Of a stretch of DNA of 64,000 bases, positions 39,116 to 49,407 are shown piece after piece; the stretch's first letter is position 1, and the number at the start of each line of letters is the position of its first letter. The stretch is from an uncultured Actinomycetota bacterium (GTDB lineage: Bacteria > Actinomycetota > Actinomycetes > JAHEKZ01): the NCBI GenBank assembly GCA_963718235.1, contig CAVQYR010000001.1, forward strand, positions 1,408,001 to 1,472,000. Reading direction: 5' to 3'. Below the pieces are notes generated by a model. It ran no database searches. It was given only the letters and a program-made list of their open reading frames with translations, and was not told the DNA's origin. Made by a program: the position numbers and the translations under genes.

Positions 39116-42100
39116 CTAGGTCACGGTGACAGTTCGAGTGGTCGTGCTGGACCGGTTCCACCCGTCCGTGACGGTCAGGGTGATCGTGTACGTGCCCGGA
39201 GCGGTGTAGGTGCGCGACGGTGACGCCGCGGTACTGGCCGCCGAGCCGTCGCCCCAGTTCCAGGAGTACCGGATCACGTCACCGTTGGGGTCGCTCGTGC
39301 CGAAGCTGTTCATCTGGCACACCCTGAGCGTGCAGCTGGCGGTGAAGGTCACCGTCGGCGGCTGGTTGGCAGCTGGTTCGATCAGCACGACCTGTCGGGT
39401 CGTGCTGGCTGCCTTGCCCCATCCGTCGGTGGTGGTCAAAGTGATCGTGTACGTGCCCGGAATTGCGTAGGTGTGAGCCGGTGCGGTGCCTGTGCCGGTC
39501 GCCGTGCCGTCTCCCCAGTTCCACACATATGCGATCGTGTCCCCGACGTTCGGGTCGACCGTTCCCGTGCTGCTCGTGGAGCAGGCCAGCGCGATGACAG
39601 CTGGTGAGGAACGTCGGAACCGGTGCCACGTTGCCGGCTGGCTCGGTGATGGTCACCGACAGCGCGGCCGTTGAGGTGACGTTCCACTCGTCCCTCACTG
39701 TCAGCACCACCGAGTAGGTACCCGGCGCGGTGTAGGTCTTGATCGGGATCGGCCCGCTCCCCGTGCCTTGGTTGGTACCGAAGTTCCAGGAGTAGACGAG
39801 CGCCGTCGGGTTCTCGTCGGTCGAGCCGCGACCGTCGAACGAGCAGACGTTCTGCGCGCACGAGACTGTCGCGGAGGCGACCGGCGGGTTGTTCACCGGG
39901 TGGGTCACCACGATGCCCACCGAGGTGCGGGTTTCCCCGATCTGGTCGTGGTGGTCGGTCGGTCGCACCAGGACGCTGTAGGTGCCGTCCGGGATCACCG
40001 GTGTGGTGTACGAGAAGTTCGACCCAGGGCTGCCGGGGCTGTTCAAGAACGCCTGCCGCCAGCTCGGCGTCGTGCTGGTGAACGTGCCCGTCGAGCTCAT
40101 GTACTGCCCCGCCGAGTTGACGATCCCGACCTCGACCCGGGCGATGCTGATGTCGTCGATGGCTCGGCCACTGACGACGATCTTGCCCTCGGTGAAGGTG
40201 GAGCCGTCGACCGGCTGACCCAGTGCCGCCTCGAAGGCGGGCGGAAGGTCACCGGGGTAGTAGCGGTAACGAGCGGTCGCCCCCGTCGTGGACGGGTCCT
40301 GCTGTCCTGACGTGTCGAAGGCGAAGGCGGTGATGCTGTAGTCACCTCCGGTGGGCAGAACGATGGGCAGCGTCCAGGCCGTACTGGTCGCACCGGGCGC
40401 AGCCAACGTCGCGTTGACCCGGTTGTAGCCGGAGAGCATCTGCCCGTTGTCCTGCATGTACCGACCCGTGTCGTTGTCGAACACGGTGAGCTCCACGCTC
40501 TGCACGCCCTTGTCGTCGGTGGCCGTTCCGGCCAGGTTGAGCTCAGGCACAGTGACCGTGAACGTCCCCGTCGGGTTGATCAAGCCGTCGGGCAGGAGGT
40601 CGCCGGGCACCTGGGCGCTGACGGTCAGCCGCCCCTGGTTCGCGGACGATGTGACGAGGTCGTCGTTGTCCGTCGCCCGAACCGTGAAGGTGTACGTGCC
40701 TGGGACTCAGGTTGAACGGCGTCGTGTACGACCAGTTGTAGCTGGCCGCGTTGATGTTGACCGGTGAGACCCGGTAGTTGCCAGCCGCGATGCCGACTCC
40801 CCAGGTGCCGTCGGCTCCCAGGTTCTCCCGGGTCGTGGTGTTCCGCAGAGTGATCTCCACGTTCTTCAGCCGGTCGTCGTCGGACGCGGTTCCGGAGAAC
40901 GTCATCGGCGAGCCCGGGTTGGCCACCACAGTCGGCACCGCGAACGGCGGGGTCATCGACACGGGCTGGCTGATGCTGACCGTCGGTGCCACGGCGTTCG
41001 AGTTGACCTGAAGTCGCGGACCGCGCTCCGCAGGTCAGCCTGGCCAGCCGTGTCCACTGCGGTGGCGCTGCCCCGCCAGACGCCCTCGTGGGGGAGGGTG
41101 ACCTCGTACGACCAGGTGGCCGACGTTGCTCCGACCACGTCTGGAACGCCGCGGAACGTGTTGAAGATCGGGTCCGACCGTGCCGTCGTTCTGCAGGTAG
41201 TTCTGGTTCTCGTCGCGGAACCAGTAGGTCAGCGAGTTGACCCCGTGGTCGTCGGTCGCCGTTCCCGTCATCGTGAAGGTCGTCGACGTCTGGATCCCAC
41301 TCGGACCGGTGATGTTGGTCGTCGGCGTCTGGTCGTCGAAGCTGAACGACTCGATCTTCTTGACTGCCTTGGTGGCATCGTTCGTGCCGTTGGTGCCGTA
41401 GGTCTTTGCCATGATCTGCAGGTTGTGGTTGCCCGTGATGGTGACTGGCAGAGACCACGGCGTCACGCCGCCACCGGGCGTACCCAGCGTGGCGTAGATG
41501 TTGTTGCTCCCACCCCAGGTGACACCGTCGTCCTGCAGGTAGCGCTTCGTGTCGCGGTCCTGGATCTCGACCTGTACCCGGCGGATCCCCTGGGGGTTCT
41601 TGGCCGTCCCCTGGATCGTGAATGGCACGCCCGAGGTGACCACGCGACCCTCAATCGGTGAGGTCGATCGTGGTGTCGGTGGTCGAGGGTGCTGGAACGG
41701 AGTTGAAGTCGTAGAAGGCGACACGTCCAGTGCGGACCCCGCCTTGGAACATTCCGTCGCCGGCGACGAAGAGCCCGCGTGAGGTCGCCTCCATGGCCTT
41801 GTTGCCCTCGAACGAGTTCGAGCCAGGGTTCCACTCGAGTGCCGTGCCGGTCGTCGGGTCGAGCGCGCCGATGTGGTCGCGACGCACGACCTGGTCACCG
41901 AGGCCGTAGCCGGACAGGCCCTGGCCGGTGCCGTAGCCGACGTTGTCAAGCCCGGGCCACGGCTGGTTCGCCGTCGGCGACTCGTTCCAGCTGAAGTGTC
42001 CACCGACGTAGACAGCGCGCTCGGTGATCGCGATCGAGTAGATGCTGTCGAAGCAGCGGGCGATCCACAGCGGCTCGACGTTGTCACCACCTGCGATGGG

Positions 42101-43072
42101 ATAGGCGATCGCGGTGTCGCTGATCGGTGGTCGGTCGCCGCCGGAGCCACTGCCGACCACGAAGTACTGGTCGTTCGGGGCGATGTCCCCGGCGTAGATG
42201 CGCTGGATGCCGCCGACGATGGCCAGGTTGTCGTCCCAGAGGCGAGTACGCCAGGGGAGGAGCTGCTTGGTCTGGGTGTTGATCAGGCCGATGCCGAGGC
42301 GGTCCTGTCCGGCGATCTTGCGGCCGGTGTGGACGACGAGGAGCTTGCTGTCGTCGTGGGTCAGCTTGAGCTGCTGCACGGTGAGCGCGCCGTCGACGCC
42401 GATACCGCCGGAGATCGAGTTGTCGAAGGAGAGGTCGACCGCCCCAGTGGTGCCGTTGAGGGCGGCTAGGCCCGTGCGCAACTGACCGTTGATCCGGCTG
42501 AACCGGCCGCCGACGTAGACCGTCGAGTTTGTTGCGGCCAGGGCGGTGGCGTAGTTGTTGGTGCTCTGCGTCACGGCGAAGTTCGCAACCGGGGCCCCGG
42601 TCGTGAGATTGAGGCTGGCGACCTTCTGCCGTGCCACTCCGTTGACCGTGCTGAAGGAGCCGGCGACGTACAGCTTGGTGCCGTCGGGTGAGGCCTCGAC
42701 TGCGTTGACGCCGCCGTTGAACGTCGGCCGGAACGTGGTGTCGATCAAGCCGGTGTTGATGTTGTAGGACGCCAGATAGCGCTGGTTGATCGTGGCGGTG
42801 GGGGCGATGGTGTTGGCCAGTGAGGTGAAGGACCCCGCGATGAACACTCGGTTGCCCACGACCTCCATGTCCCAGATCTCACCGTTGCTGATCCGGGGCG
42901 TGTCCTTGCGCGGCACAGACGGCACGAGACCGGTGTGGCCGGGGAGCGCCTGGGCGGCGAGGACGGACGGCCCGACGAGGGCTGCCTGCGCGGGAGCGGC
43001 CACCAGCGGAACACCCATGACCCCGACGGCCACGGTCAGGGCACTGGCCCAGAAACGGTTGCGTACCGACAT
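39116..43072 (-). CDS. Large secreted protein, paralog 1: Sec signal, beta-propeller, about 5 Ig-like repeats, 3 PKD domains (about 1300 aa; about 5 apparent frameshifts)
   Basis: MSVRNRFWASALTVAVG..APAQA signal; VYVGG.F/LYVAG.F blades; PKD motifs YSWNF/WNWGDG..H.Y..PGTY.ITLTVTD; pieces join across frames near 41660, 41170, 41005, 40700 and 39595 and are colinear with paralog 2. Confidence 0.85.
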
Positions 43073-43346
43073 TCGGTGACCCCTCATCTTGGCTCGCGGG
43101 AAGCTCAGAGCCGACCCCCCGGCGCCCACCTACTCAACGGAGAGGCCATCCTCGCAGCCGTTCCGGGCGGCCGCCAAAGAGTTCCGGGAAGTCGCCTCGG
43201 CTGACTACTGAGAGTGATCGAGTGGTCCGTGAGGGTCACCCTTGCTCGGGAACCTTCCTGGTTCGGTCCGTGCGATGGTCCGGCCGCGGCCGGGACTGTC
43301 AGACCCTCGCGAGACGGTCGTGGCGTCGAGATGGGGTGAGCGTCTG

Positions 43347-43796
43347 GTGGAGACGGCAACGTTGCTGAGAGGGCATGTCGAGCGGGTGCTGCAGGAGCAC
43401 TGGCACCAGCACCATCTGGTCGTCGACGGCGACGGCGACTACCCGTTCCGGGCCGGCCAGGCGATGTGCTGGGTCAGCGTGCAGAGCGATCCTGCGGCCG
43501 TGCAGGTCTTCGCCCAGGCCGTACGTGGCGTCAAGCGGTCGGCCAAGCTGCTGGCGGAGGTCAACGAGCTGTCCGGCAGCGCTCGCTGGGTGAAGGTCTT
43601 CTGGCACGACGGCACGGTCTTCGTCAGTCGGATCCTCGACGTCGACGGGGCCGACGCCGGCTCGATCCGCCGCGCCTGCGACACCGTGGCGACGGTCGCC
43701 CAGGACATCGCTCCGATGCTGGCGGCGGTGTTCGGCGGGGAGCCGCCCCTGCCGCCCGAGATCGAGCACGCAGACGGCGAGCGCGAGCTCGGCTGA
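43347..43796 (+). CDS. YbjN/T3SS-chaperone-like (TY-Chap) small protein
   Basis: DGDGDYPFRAG, V.VFAQA, KLLAEVNEL, A.VFGG pattern of the actinobacterial YbjN-like fold. Confidence 0.65.
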   Translation: METATLLRGHVERVLQEHWHQHHLVVDGDGDYPFRAGQAMCWVSVQSDPAAVQVFAQAVRGVKRSAKLLAEVNELSGSARWVKVFWHDGTVFVSRILDVDGADAGSIRRACDTVATVAQDIAPMLAAVFGGEPPLPPEIEHADGERELG

Positions 43797-43805
43797 CGAC
43801 CCGGT

Positions 43806-44954
43806 TCACGGGCGCGTCGAGTGGGTACCCTCCGAGGCGGTCACCGCCCACAGTCGCGGTGGGCGATACCCATGCGCAGCTGCGACCGTGCGTACGGCCG
43901 TCGTCACCTCGGCCGACGCCTGCTGATCGGTCAGCACCACCACGCAGCCGCCGAAGCCGGCTCCGGTCAGCCGAGCACCGAGCGCCCCGGCGGAGACTGT
44001 GGCGGCCACCACCCTGTCCAGGGCGGGCGTACTGACCTGGTAGTCGTCGCGCAACGACGCGTGCGATGCCAGCATCACCGGACCGACCTCCCGGATCCTT
44101 CCGGCCCGCAGCAGTGCCACCGTGCGACGCACCCGGTCGTTCTCCGTCACCACGTGGCGCGCCCGGGACTCCAGCAGAGGGTCACCGATCCTCCGGAGGT
44201 CGCCCTCGGCAGCATCCCGCAGGGTCGAGACCCCCAGAAGCCGGGCGGCGTCGTGGCACTCCCGAACCCGCTGTGCGTACCCTTCACCCGTGGTTCGGTG
44301 ACCCTCTCCGGAGTCGACGACCAGGAGCGCGAGTCCCTTGTCCCCGAGAGGCAACGGCACCGGTGTGGTGGCGAGCGAGCGCAGGTCGACGGACAACGCA
44401 TGGCCACGTTTCGCTTCCATGGCGACGAGGTGGTCCATCAGACCGACCGGGGCTCCGACGTACTCGTTCTCGACGCGCCTCGCAGCGAGCGCGACCCGTC
44501 GGCCGTCCCACGTCTGCCCGGCAAGCTCGAGCAGTGCGGCCATGGTCGAGCAGATGAGAGAGGCGGACGACGACAGGCCCGCACCAAGTGGGACGTCACC
44601 GTGCACGAACACCTCTGCTCCGCGCAAGGACACCCCCTCGTCGGCGAGCACCCAGGCGACTCCTTCGACGTAGGCTGCCCACGAAGCTGCGTTGGGGGAG
44701 AGGCTTGACAAAGGAGCCGATCCGGCCTTGGCGCCCTCCTGGCTCGAGGCCACCGCCAGGACGCCGTCGTCGCGGGGTGCCGCGTACGCGGTTGTGCCGA
44801 GCTGGAGGGCCAGGGGGAGCGCGAGGCCCTCGGAGTAGTCGGTGTGGTCCCCGATCAACGTGACCCGGCCCGGCGCCCACCAGGCCACCGTCGGCGGATG
44901 CCCGAAGGTGTCCTCGAAGTGCGTCCGTTCCGGTCGCCGACCGCCCTGACTCAT
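43806..44954 (-). CDS. galK: Galactokinase (GHMP kinase)
   Basis: APGRVTLIGDHTDY, PLGAGLSSSAS, GLMD, RHVVTENDR, GARLTGAGFGG. Confidence 0.88.
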   Translation of the reverse strand: MSQGGRRPERTHFEDTFGHPPTVAWWAPGRVTLIGDHTDYSEGLALPLALQLGTTAYAAPRDDGVLAVASSQEGAKAGSAPLSSLSPNAASWAAYVEGVAWVLADEGVSLRGAEVFVHGDVPLGAGLSSSASLICSTMAALLELAGQTWDGRRVALAARRVENEYVGAPVGLMDHLVAMEAKRGHALSVDLRSLATTPVPLPLGDKGLALLVVDSGEGHRTTGEGYAQRVRECHDAARLLGVSTLRDAAEGDLRRIGDPLLESRARHVVTENDRVRRTVALLRAGRIREVGPVMLASHASLRDDYQVSTPALDRVVAATVSAGALGARLTGAGFGGCVVVLTDQQASAEVTTAVRTVAAAHGYRPPRLWAVTASEGTHSTRP

Positions 44955-45050
44955 GTCTGCAGTGTGCCCGGTCGGGCGTACCCTGGAGCTGAGCCCGAGG
45001 TCCGGACGAGCCCGGCGCCCGCGACTCGTCGATCGCGCGGAGGTGACGCG

Positions 45051-45974
45051 ATGACTCGCGTCGGACGTGCCCTGGTTGTCGCAGTCCTCGCCCTCGCCGT
45101 GGTGGTGCCGCTCGGCGTCGTACCCGCGGGGGCCGCAATGCCGGGCGCGGCCGTGAGAGCGGGCTCTCCGGTGCGGCTGACCCGGCTCGTCGGCGTCCGT
45201 GCGGTGCACCGCGGGGGCGTCGGTGGGGTCGACCGGGTCGTCTTCGAGTTCGACCGGGGGCTGCCGAGACCGACGACGGCGCGTTACGTCAGGGCGCTGA
45301 CCCGTGGGCAGTCCGGGCTTCCGCTGCGGGTGCCCGGTCGCGCTCTCCTGCGAGTCACCATGCGTAACGCTGACGGACACGACAGCCATGGGCCACTCGT
45401 CCCTGGGCGCACTGCTTACGCCCTGCCGAACGTGATGACCGTGGTGTTGTCCGAGGACTTCGAGGGCTTCGTCACCTTCGGGATCGGTCTGGCCGCGCAT
45501 CGACCGTTTGGCCTCACCGTCCGGCGTCACCCGAGCCGGGTCGTCCTGGAGGTCGGTACCCGATTCGCCCGGGTCACGAAGCGGGTGTCCTTCCTCGACC
45601 AGCCGAGCTTCGCCGCAGGGCACCGCCCCTACGTACGGGCCGTTCGGCGTCCGGTACGCGCCAAGAACCCCGCGGTAGGCCTGATGGACCGACTGTTCGC
45701 CGGACCGACGGTGAGTGAGCGTCATGACGGCCTACGCCTCGTGCGGTCGAGCGCCCAAGGGTTCACCCGGCTTCGGGTCGCGCACGGCATCGCGCGGGTC
45801 CAGCTGACCGGTGGGTGCAGCAGCCGAGGATCGACCTTCACCGTTGCCGACGAGATCATTCCCACCCTGCGCAGGCTGAGAACCGTCGACTTCGTCAAGG
45901 TCTACGACCCGGCGGGCCATACGCAGGCGCCGACCGGACGCACGAACTCGATCCCCACCTGCCTTGAGCCCTGA
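45051..45974 (+). CDS. Secreted AMIN-like plus GerMN domain protein
   Basis: Signal peptide; DRVVFEF, DFEG.VTFGIG, PSRVVL (AMIN-like); LFAGPT..E...G, CSSRGS, IP.CLEP (GerMN). Confidence 0.75.
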   Translation: MTRVGRALVVAVLALAVVVPLGVVPAGAAMPGAAVRAGSPVRLTRLVGVRAVHRGGVGGVDRVVFEFDRGLPRPTTARYVRALTRGQSGLPLRVPGRALLRVTMRNADGHDSHGPLVPGRTAYALPNVMTVVLSEDFEGFVTFGIGLAAHRPFGLTVRRHPSRVVLEVGTRFARVTKRVSFLDQPSFAAGHRPYVRAVRRPVRAKNPAVGLMDRLFAGPTVSERHDGLRLVRSSAQGFTRLRVAHGIARVQLTGGCSSRGSTFTVADEIIPTLRRLRTVDFVKVYDPAGHTQAPTGRTNSIPTCLEP

Positions 45975-46048
45975 GCCGCCAAGACCGGCCCTGCCAAACG
46001 CACCGAACCATGGTGGACCGGACGTTCAGCAGGACAGGTCGGCTTGGC

Positions 46049-46220
46049 TCAGTCGCGGTTGGACGGCGCAGCGAGGCGACCGGTGACCAGGGAGTTCTTG
46101 CCGAAGGGGACGTACAGCGTCTGGATCGAGCTGACGGTCTGCACTGATGCCGGCGGCTGCCGTCGCGGCGTCCGAGGTGAGGGCCGTCGCACCGGTGTCG
46201 ACCTTGGTGCGGGTGACGAA
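46049..46220 (-). pseudogene. Possible 3' gene remnant
   Basis: Minus strand reads FVTRTKVDTGATALTS.. then VQTVSSIQTLYVPFGKNSLVTGRLAAPSNRD* with gene-like GC3 bias but no convincing start. Confidence 0.3.
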
Positions 46221-46250
46221 CCTACGACCAGGAGTGGGGAGGGGAACCCC

Positions 46251-47519
46251 TTAGGGCGCCTGCCACGCGAAGACGCGCTGGAGGCGGTTGCCGGTGCCCG
46301 ACGCCAGGTTCTGCGCCGTCGATGTGAAGGCCACGGTGTCCGCGTTCCGGTCTACGAACGGCAGCCCGGATCCTGCACCTGCGCCAGCGGGGTATCTTCC
46401 TTGACGGTTTCGAACGATCGCCGTAGCTGAGTCGGTCGCTCGGTCGTACACGTAGACCGTCGTCACTGCCGGTACGCCGTCCACGATGTCCGTGGCCGAG
46501 GAGGAGAACGTCACGAACCGGCCGTTCCCGCTGATCTGTGCGTGGCCACTGTCCCCGTTGGCCATGCCACCTTCGGCAGTGTGGCTCACCAGGTCCGTCG
46601 AGCCGGACTTGGAGTCGTAGACGTAGGCGCCGTACCCGCCGGCATGATTGGCCGCACTGAACGCAATGAATCGGCCGCGGTTGCTCACTGACGGGTCGGA
46701 GAAGGCGTCGGCGTAGAAGTAGGCGGGTGCGGAAGTGGCGATGGTCTGCCTTGACTTGTCTCTCATGTCGATCCGTACCATCCGGAACGGTGTCAACCGC
46801 TCGGTGGGCTGCGTCGCACGGATGAAGACGATGAATCGGCCCGACGCGCTGACCGACGGGATAGCCGCGTTGTTGGGGGCATCAACGGAGCCACCCAGCC
46901 TGCCCTTGACCACACGCTGGGTGGCTCCGGTGCGCCCGTCATAGCGATAGAGCCGCGTCTCGAACGTCGACCCGTCCGACGTCGTCGTACGGGTGTAGAC
47001 CACATAGCGGCCGTTGTCGCTGATTCCCACCGTGAACCAGTCGACTCCCTTGTGGTCGGCGGCTGCGGGTGTGCTGATGATCTTCGTCGTTCCGGTCGTC
47101 TGGTCGAAGAGCCGTAGTGCTGACGGCTTGTCCGGCCGCTCGTAGCTGCCATAGACGACGTACCTACCGTCCCCGCTGATCGCGGCATTGCCCAGCAGGT
47201 AGCCCTGGTCTCCGTGGCTGACCCGGGTGGTCACCTCCGCGGTGAGGTCGCGTAGGTAGACGTAGCGGCCGATGCCGTCGGCTTGGTCTGTAACCACCAG
47301 GTTCGGTTGTTCGCTGGCGAAGGCGACGTAGCGTCCGTCGTCGCTCACTCCCTGGGTGTAGCTGCCGTTGCTGGTGCCGAAAGCCTCAGGTGAGGCAACG
47401 CTCACCAACACGATCGAGTTGTCGACCGCTGCCTGAGCCGATGAGCCCGCCGCCACAATGCCCAGCGTGAGTGAGCCCGCGACGAGACAGCCCAGGGCCG
47501 ATCGCCGCAGCTTCGCCAT
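46251..47519 (-). CDS. Secreted TolB-like/PD40 beta-propeller protein
   Basis: Signal MAKLRRSALGCLVAG..AQA; repeated S.DGRYV.F/Y blades (SDDGRYVAF, SGDGRYVVY, SDNGRYVVY, SASGRFIVF, SNRGRFIAF, SGNGRFVTF). Confidence 0.85.
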   Translation of the reverse strand: MAKLRRSALGCLVAGSLTLGIVAAGSSAQAAVDNSIVLVSVASPEAFGTSNGSYTQGVSDDGRYVAFASEQPNLVVTDQADGIGRYVYLRDLTAEVTTRVSHGDQGYLLGNAAISGDGRYVVYGSYERPDKPSALRLFDQTTGTTKIISTPAAADHKGVDWFTVGISDNGRYVVYTRTTTSDGSTFETRLYRYDGRTGATQRVVKGRLGGSVDAPNNAAIPSVSASGRFIVFIRATQPTERLTPFRMVRIDMRDKSRQTIATSAPAYFYADAFSDPSVSNRGRFIAFSAANHAGGYGAYVYDSKSGSTDLVSHTAEGGMANGDSGHAQISGNGRFVTFSSSATDIVDGVPAVTTVYVYDRATDSATAIVRNRQGRYPAGAGAGSGLPFVDRNADTVAFTSTAQNLASGTGNRLQRVFAWQAP

Positions 47520-47688
47520 GTCGGTCACACTGCGTTCTGGCGCCTTCGGTGTCAACCGGATCGCCGCAACCGATGCCCCGGGGCACGGCGCCTGCGGCGG
47601 TTACGTGATGCATCACACCGTGAGAGGCTTCGGCCTCTGTTCACCGCTCGGGTATCGGAACACCCTGGAGGTGATGCGGAGGTGGGCT

Positions 47689-48039
47689 ATGAGTGCCCCC
47701 GATCGAAGCCCACGGTCGGCCGGGGTTCGATGGCTACGTCGGGCCTGGATCTGCGTGGCCGTGACCCCGCTGTTCTTCCTCCTCGCCGGCGCCGTGGGTT
47801 TCGGCATGCTCAAAGCAAGCAGCACGCAGCGTGGGTTCACGGACGCCCCGGGTCTGGTCGTCGCGATGACGGTGGTACTCACCACGGTGATCTTCCTGGT
47901 CCCGTGCGCCGGAGCCGTGGTCTACGGCGGCAGGGCTTGCGGAGCTGGAGACAGCCGCGGCCGGCTCCCTGTCGTCATCGGGTGGATGGCCGCAGGCGTC
48001 TACGTGGGTCTCAACGTCCTCGCGTTCCTCATCGAGTAG
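47689..48039 (+). CDS. Small hypothetical membrane protein (3 TM)
   Basis: GGAGG RBS; three hydrophobic helices. Confidence 0.6.
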   Translation: MSAPDRSPRSAGVRWLRRAWICVAVTPLFFLLAGAVGFGMLKASSTQRGFTDAPGLVVAMTVVLTTVIFLVPCAGAVVYGGRACGAGDSRGRLPVVIGWMAAGVYVGLNVLAFLIE

Positions 48040-48084
48040 GGCCAACGACCGCGGTCGACGCCTGGCTCCGTCGCGAGCGAGCGA

Positions 48085-49116
48085 TCAGCGAAGGCGGTTG
48101 ATGAAGACCGGTTTGCGCAGCCAGGAGCGATAGGCGCTGATCTTGTTGCTGGACTCGTCAAGCGGCCAGTAGACGTCGGGTGCGGAGTAGGCCGTCGAGT
48201 TGAAGTACGAGATGGCGGTCACTGTGTTCCGGTGTCGCGAGGCCCAACGCAGCGAGGCATTCAGCCATGAGGCCGCCGACTGGTTCCCGAGGCCGTTCGT
48301 CGCCCCCGTCTCACCGACTCCGATCATCATGCCGGGGTGGCCATGTCGGTTCAGCCAGCGGTCGACCTGGCGGATGCGGCTTCCGAAAGACTCACCTTTC
48401 CAGTTCTGGTAGATGTCGACGGCCAGGAACGATGTGCGTCGAAGGACACTCGGGGGAAGCCACTTGGCGGGGTTCTGGTCATTGAACCGGCTGAACAGCC
48501 ACGAGGCATGGATGGGTGCGAGCGAGACATGCTTGAGCGCGTGTGCCCGCCTCAGCACGTCGTGAAAGCGGTTGAAGCCGCGCGCCCACCAGCTGCCCTG
48601 GGAGTCGGGGGCCTTGTTGGACATCTCGTGGTCGAACGAGAGGAAGATGGGCTGCCCGTCGTGACGCCTCAGGACCTGCGCAAGCTGCCGGATCTGACGG
48701 TCGTAGCCGCCCCGGCCGACGTCGAGCCAACCGGACGGGGCGCCACCCCTGGGGCCTTCGATCGAGATCCAGCTACGGCGGTGCTTGCGGCGGTCCTCCT
48801 GCAGCGCCTTGGCCACGCCACGCCAGTTGCCCCACTGCTTGAACCAACGCTTCAGGCCGACGTTCGTGCCGAGCTGCGACTCCTTCTGCGCACAGAACTC
48901 ACCACAGGACATCCCGAGGTAGATGCGGCCAGGACGATGTCCGGCGAACTTGGGTCGCGCGACCGTGGACGCCTTCGGCTGCGTGGCTGACTGGCGGTCT
49001 TGTGCGAGAGCAGATGACGTCGCCTCGCTGGTGTTCGCGGCGCCAGGCACCGCGAGTGAGAGCACCAAGAGGCTGCTGATGAACATGACGATGAGGGTTC
49101 TTGAGTCGTGCGACAC
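48085..49116 (-). CDS. Secreted GH26-like (clan GH-A) glycoside hydrolase
   Basis: Signal peptide; G.YD..I, FLSFDHEM (acid/base), AVDIY, VGETG (nucleophile), ISYFNS. Confidence 0.65.
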   Translation of the reverse strand: MSHDSRTLIVMFISSLLVLSLAVPGAANTSEATSSALAQDRQSATQPKASTVARPKFAGHRPGRIYLGMSCGEFCAQKESQLGTNVGLKRWFKQWGNWRGVAKALQEDRRKHRRSWISIEGPRGGAPSGWLDVGRGGYDRQIRQLAQVLRRHDGQPIFLSFDHEMSNKAPDSQGSWWARGFNRFHDVLRRAHALKHVSLAPIHASWLFSRFNDQNPAKWLPPSVLRRTSFLAVDIYQNWKGESFGSRIRQVDRWLNRHGHPGMMIGVGETGATNGLGNQSAASWLNASLRWASRHRNTVTAISYFNSTAYSAPDVYWPLDESSNKISAYRSWLRKPVFINRLR

Positions 49117-49407
49117 GGGAGTCTCCTGGCCGGTTGCGATCAGTCTGGCTCGGGTAGCGCCCAACGACGCTCAGTTCACACCACCATGCCAAACGCGGAC
49201 GGCCGATCCAAGTCGGTTGGGGAAGACCCCAGGTCAGCGCCGTTTTCGGCGTGTCGCGGAGGCGCTGCGTCGTCATGGGGAGGGCCGAGCCGTTGGTGTT
49301 CGAAGTCCGACCGAGCGGAGTGGGCAGCGAGTGCGCACGAGGACCCGAGTGCCTTGACATACTGACGCGGCACCCCACATCAGTCGTGGGATGAGAGGCG
49401 GTGGGCG

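Noticed and set aside
47605-47616. GTGATGCATCAC palindrome as a CRP site
   Set aside because: Half-sites are 4 nt apart rather than the 6 nt CRP needs; another regulator is possible but unsupported
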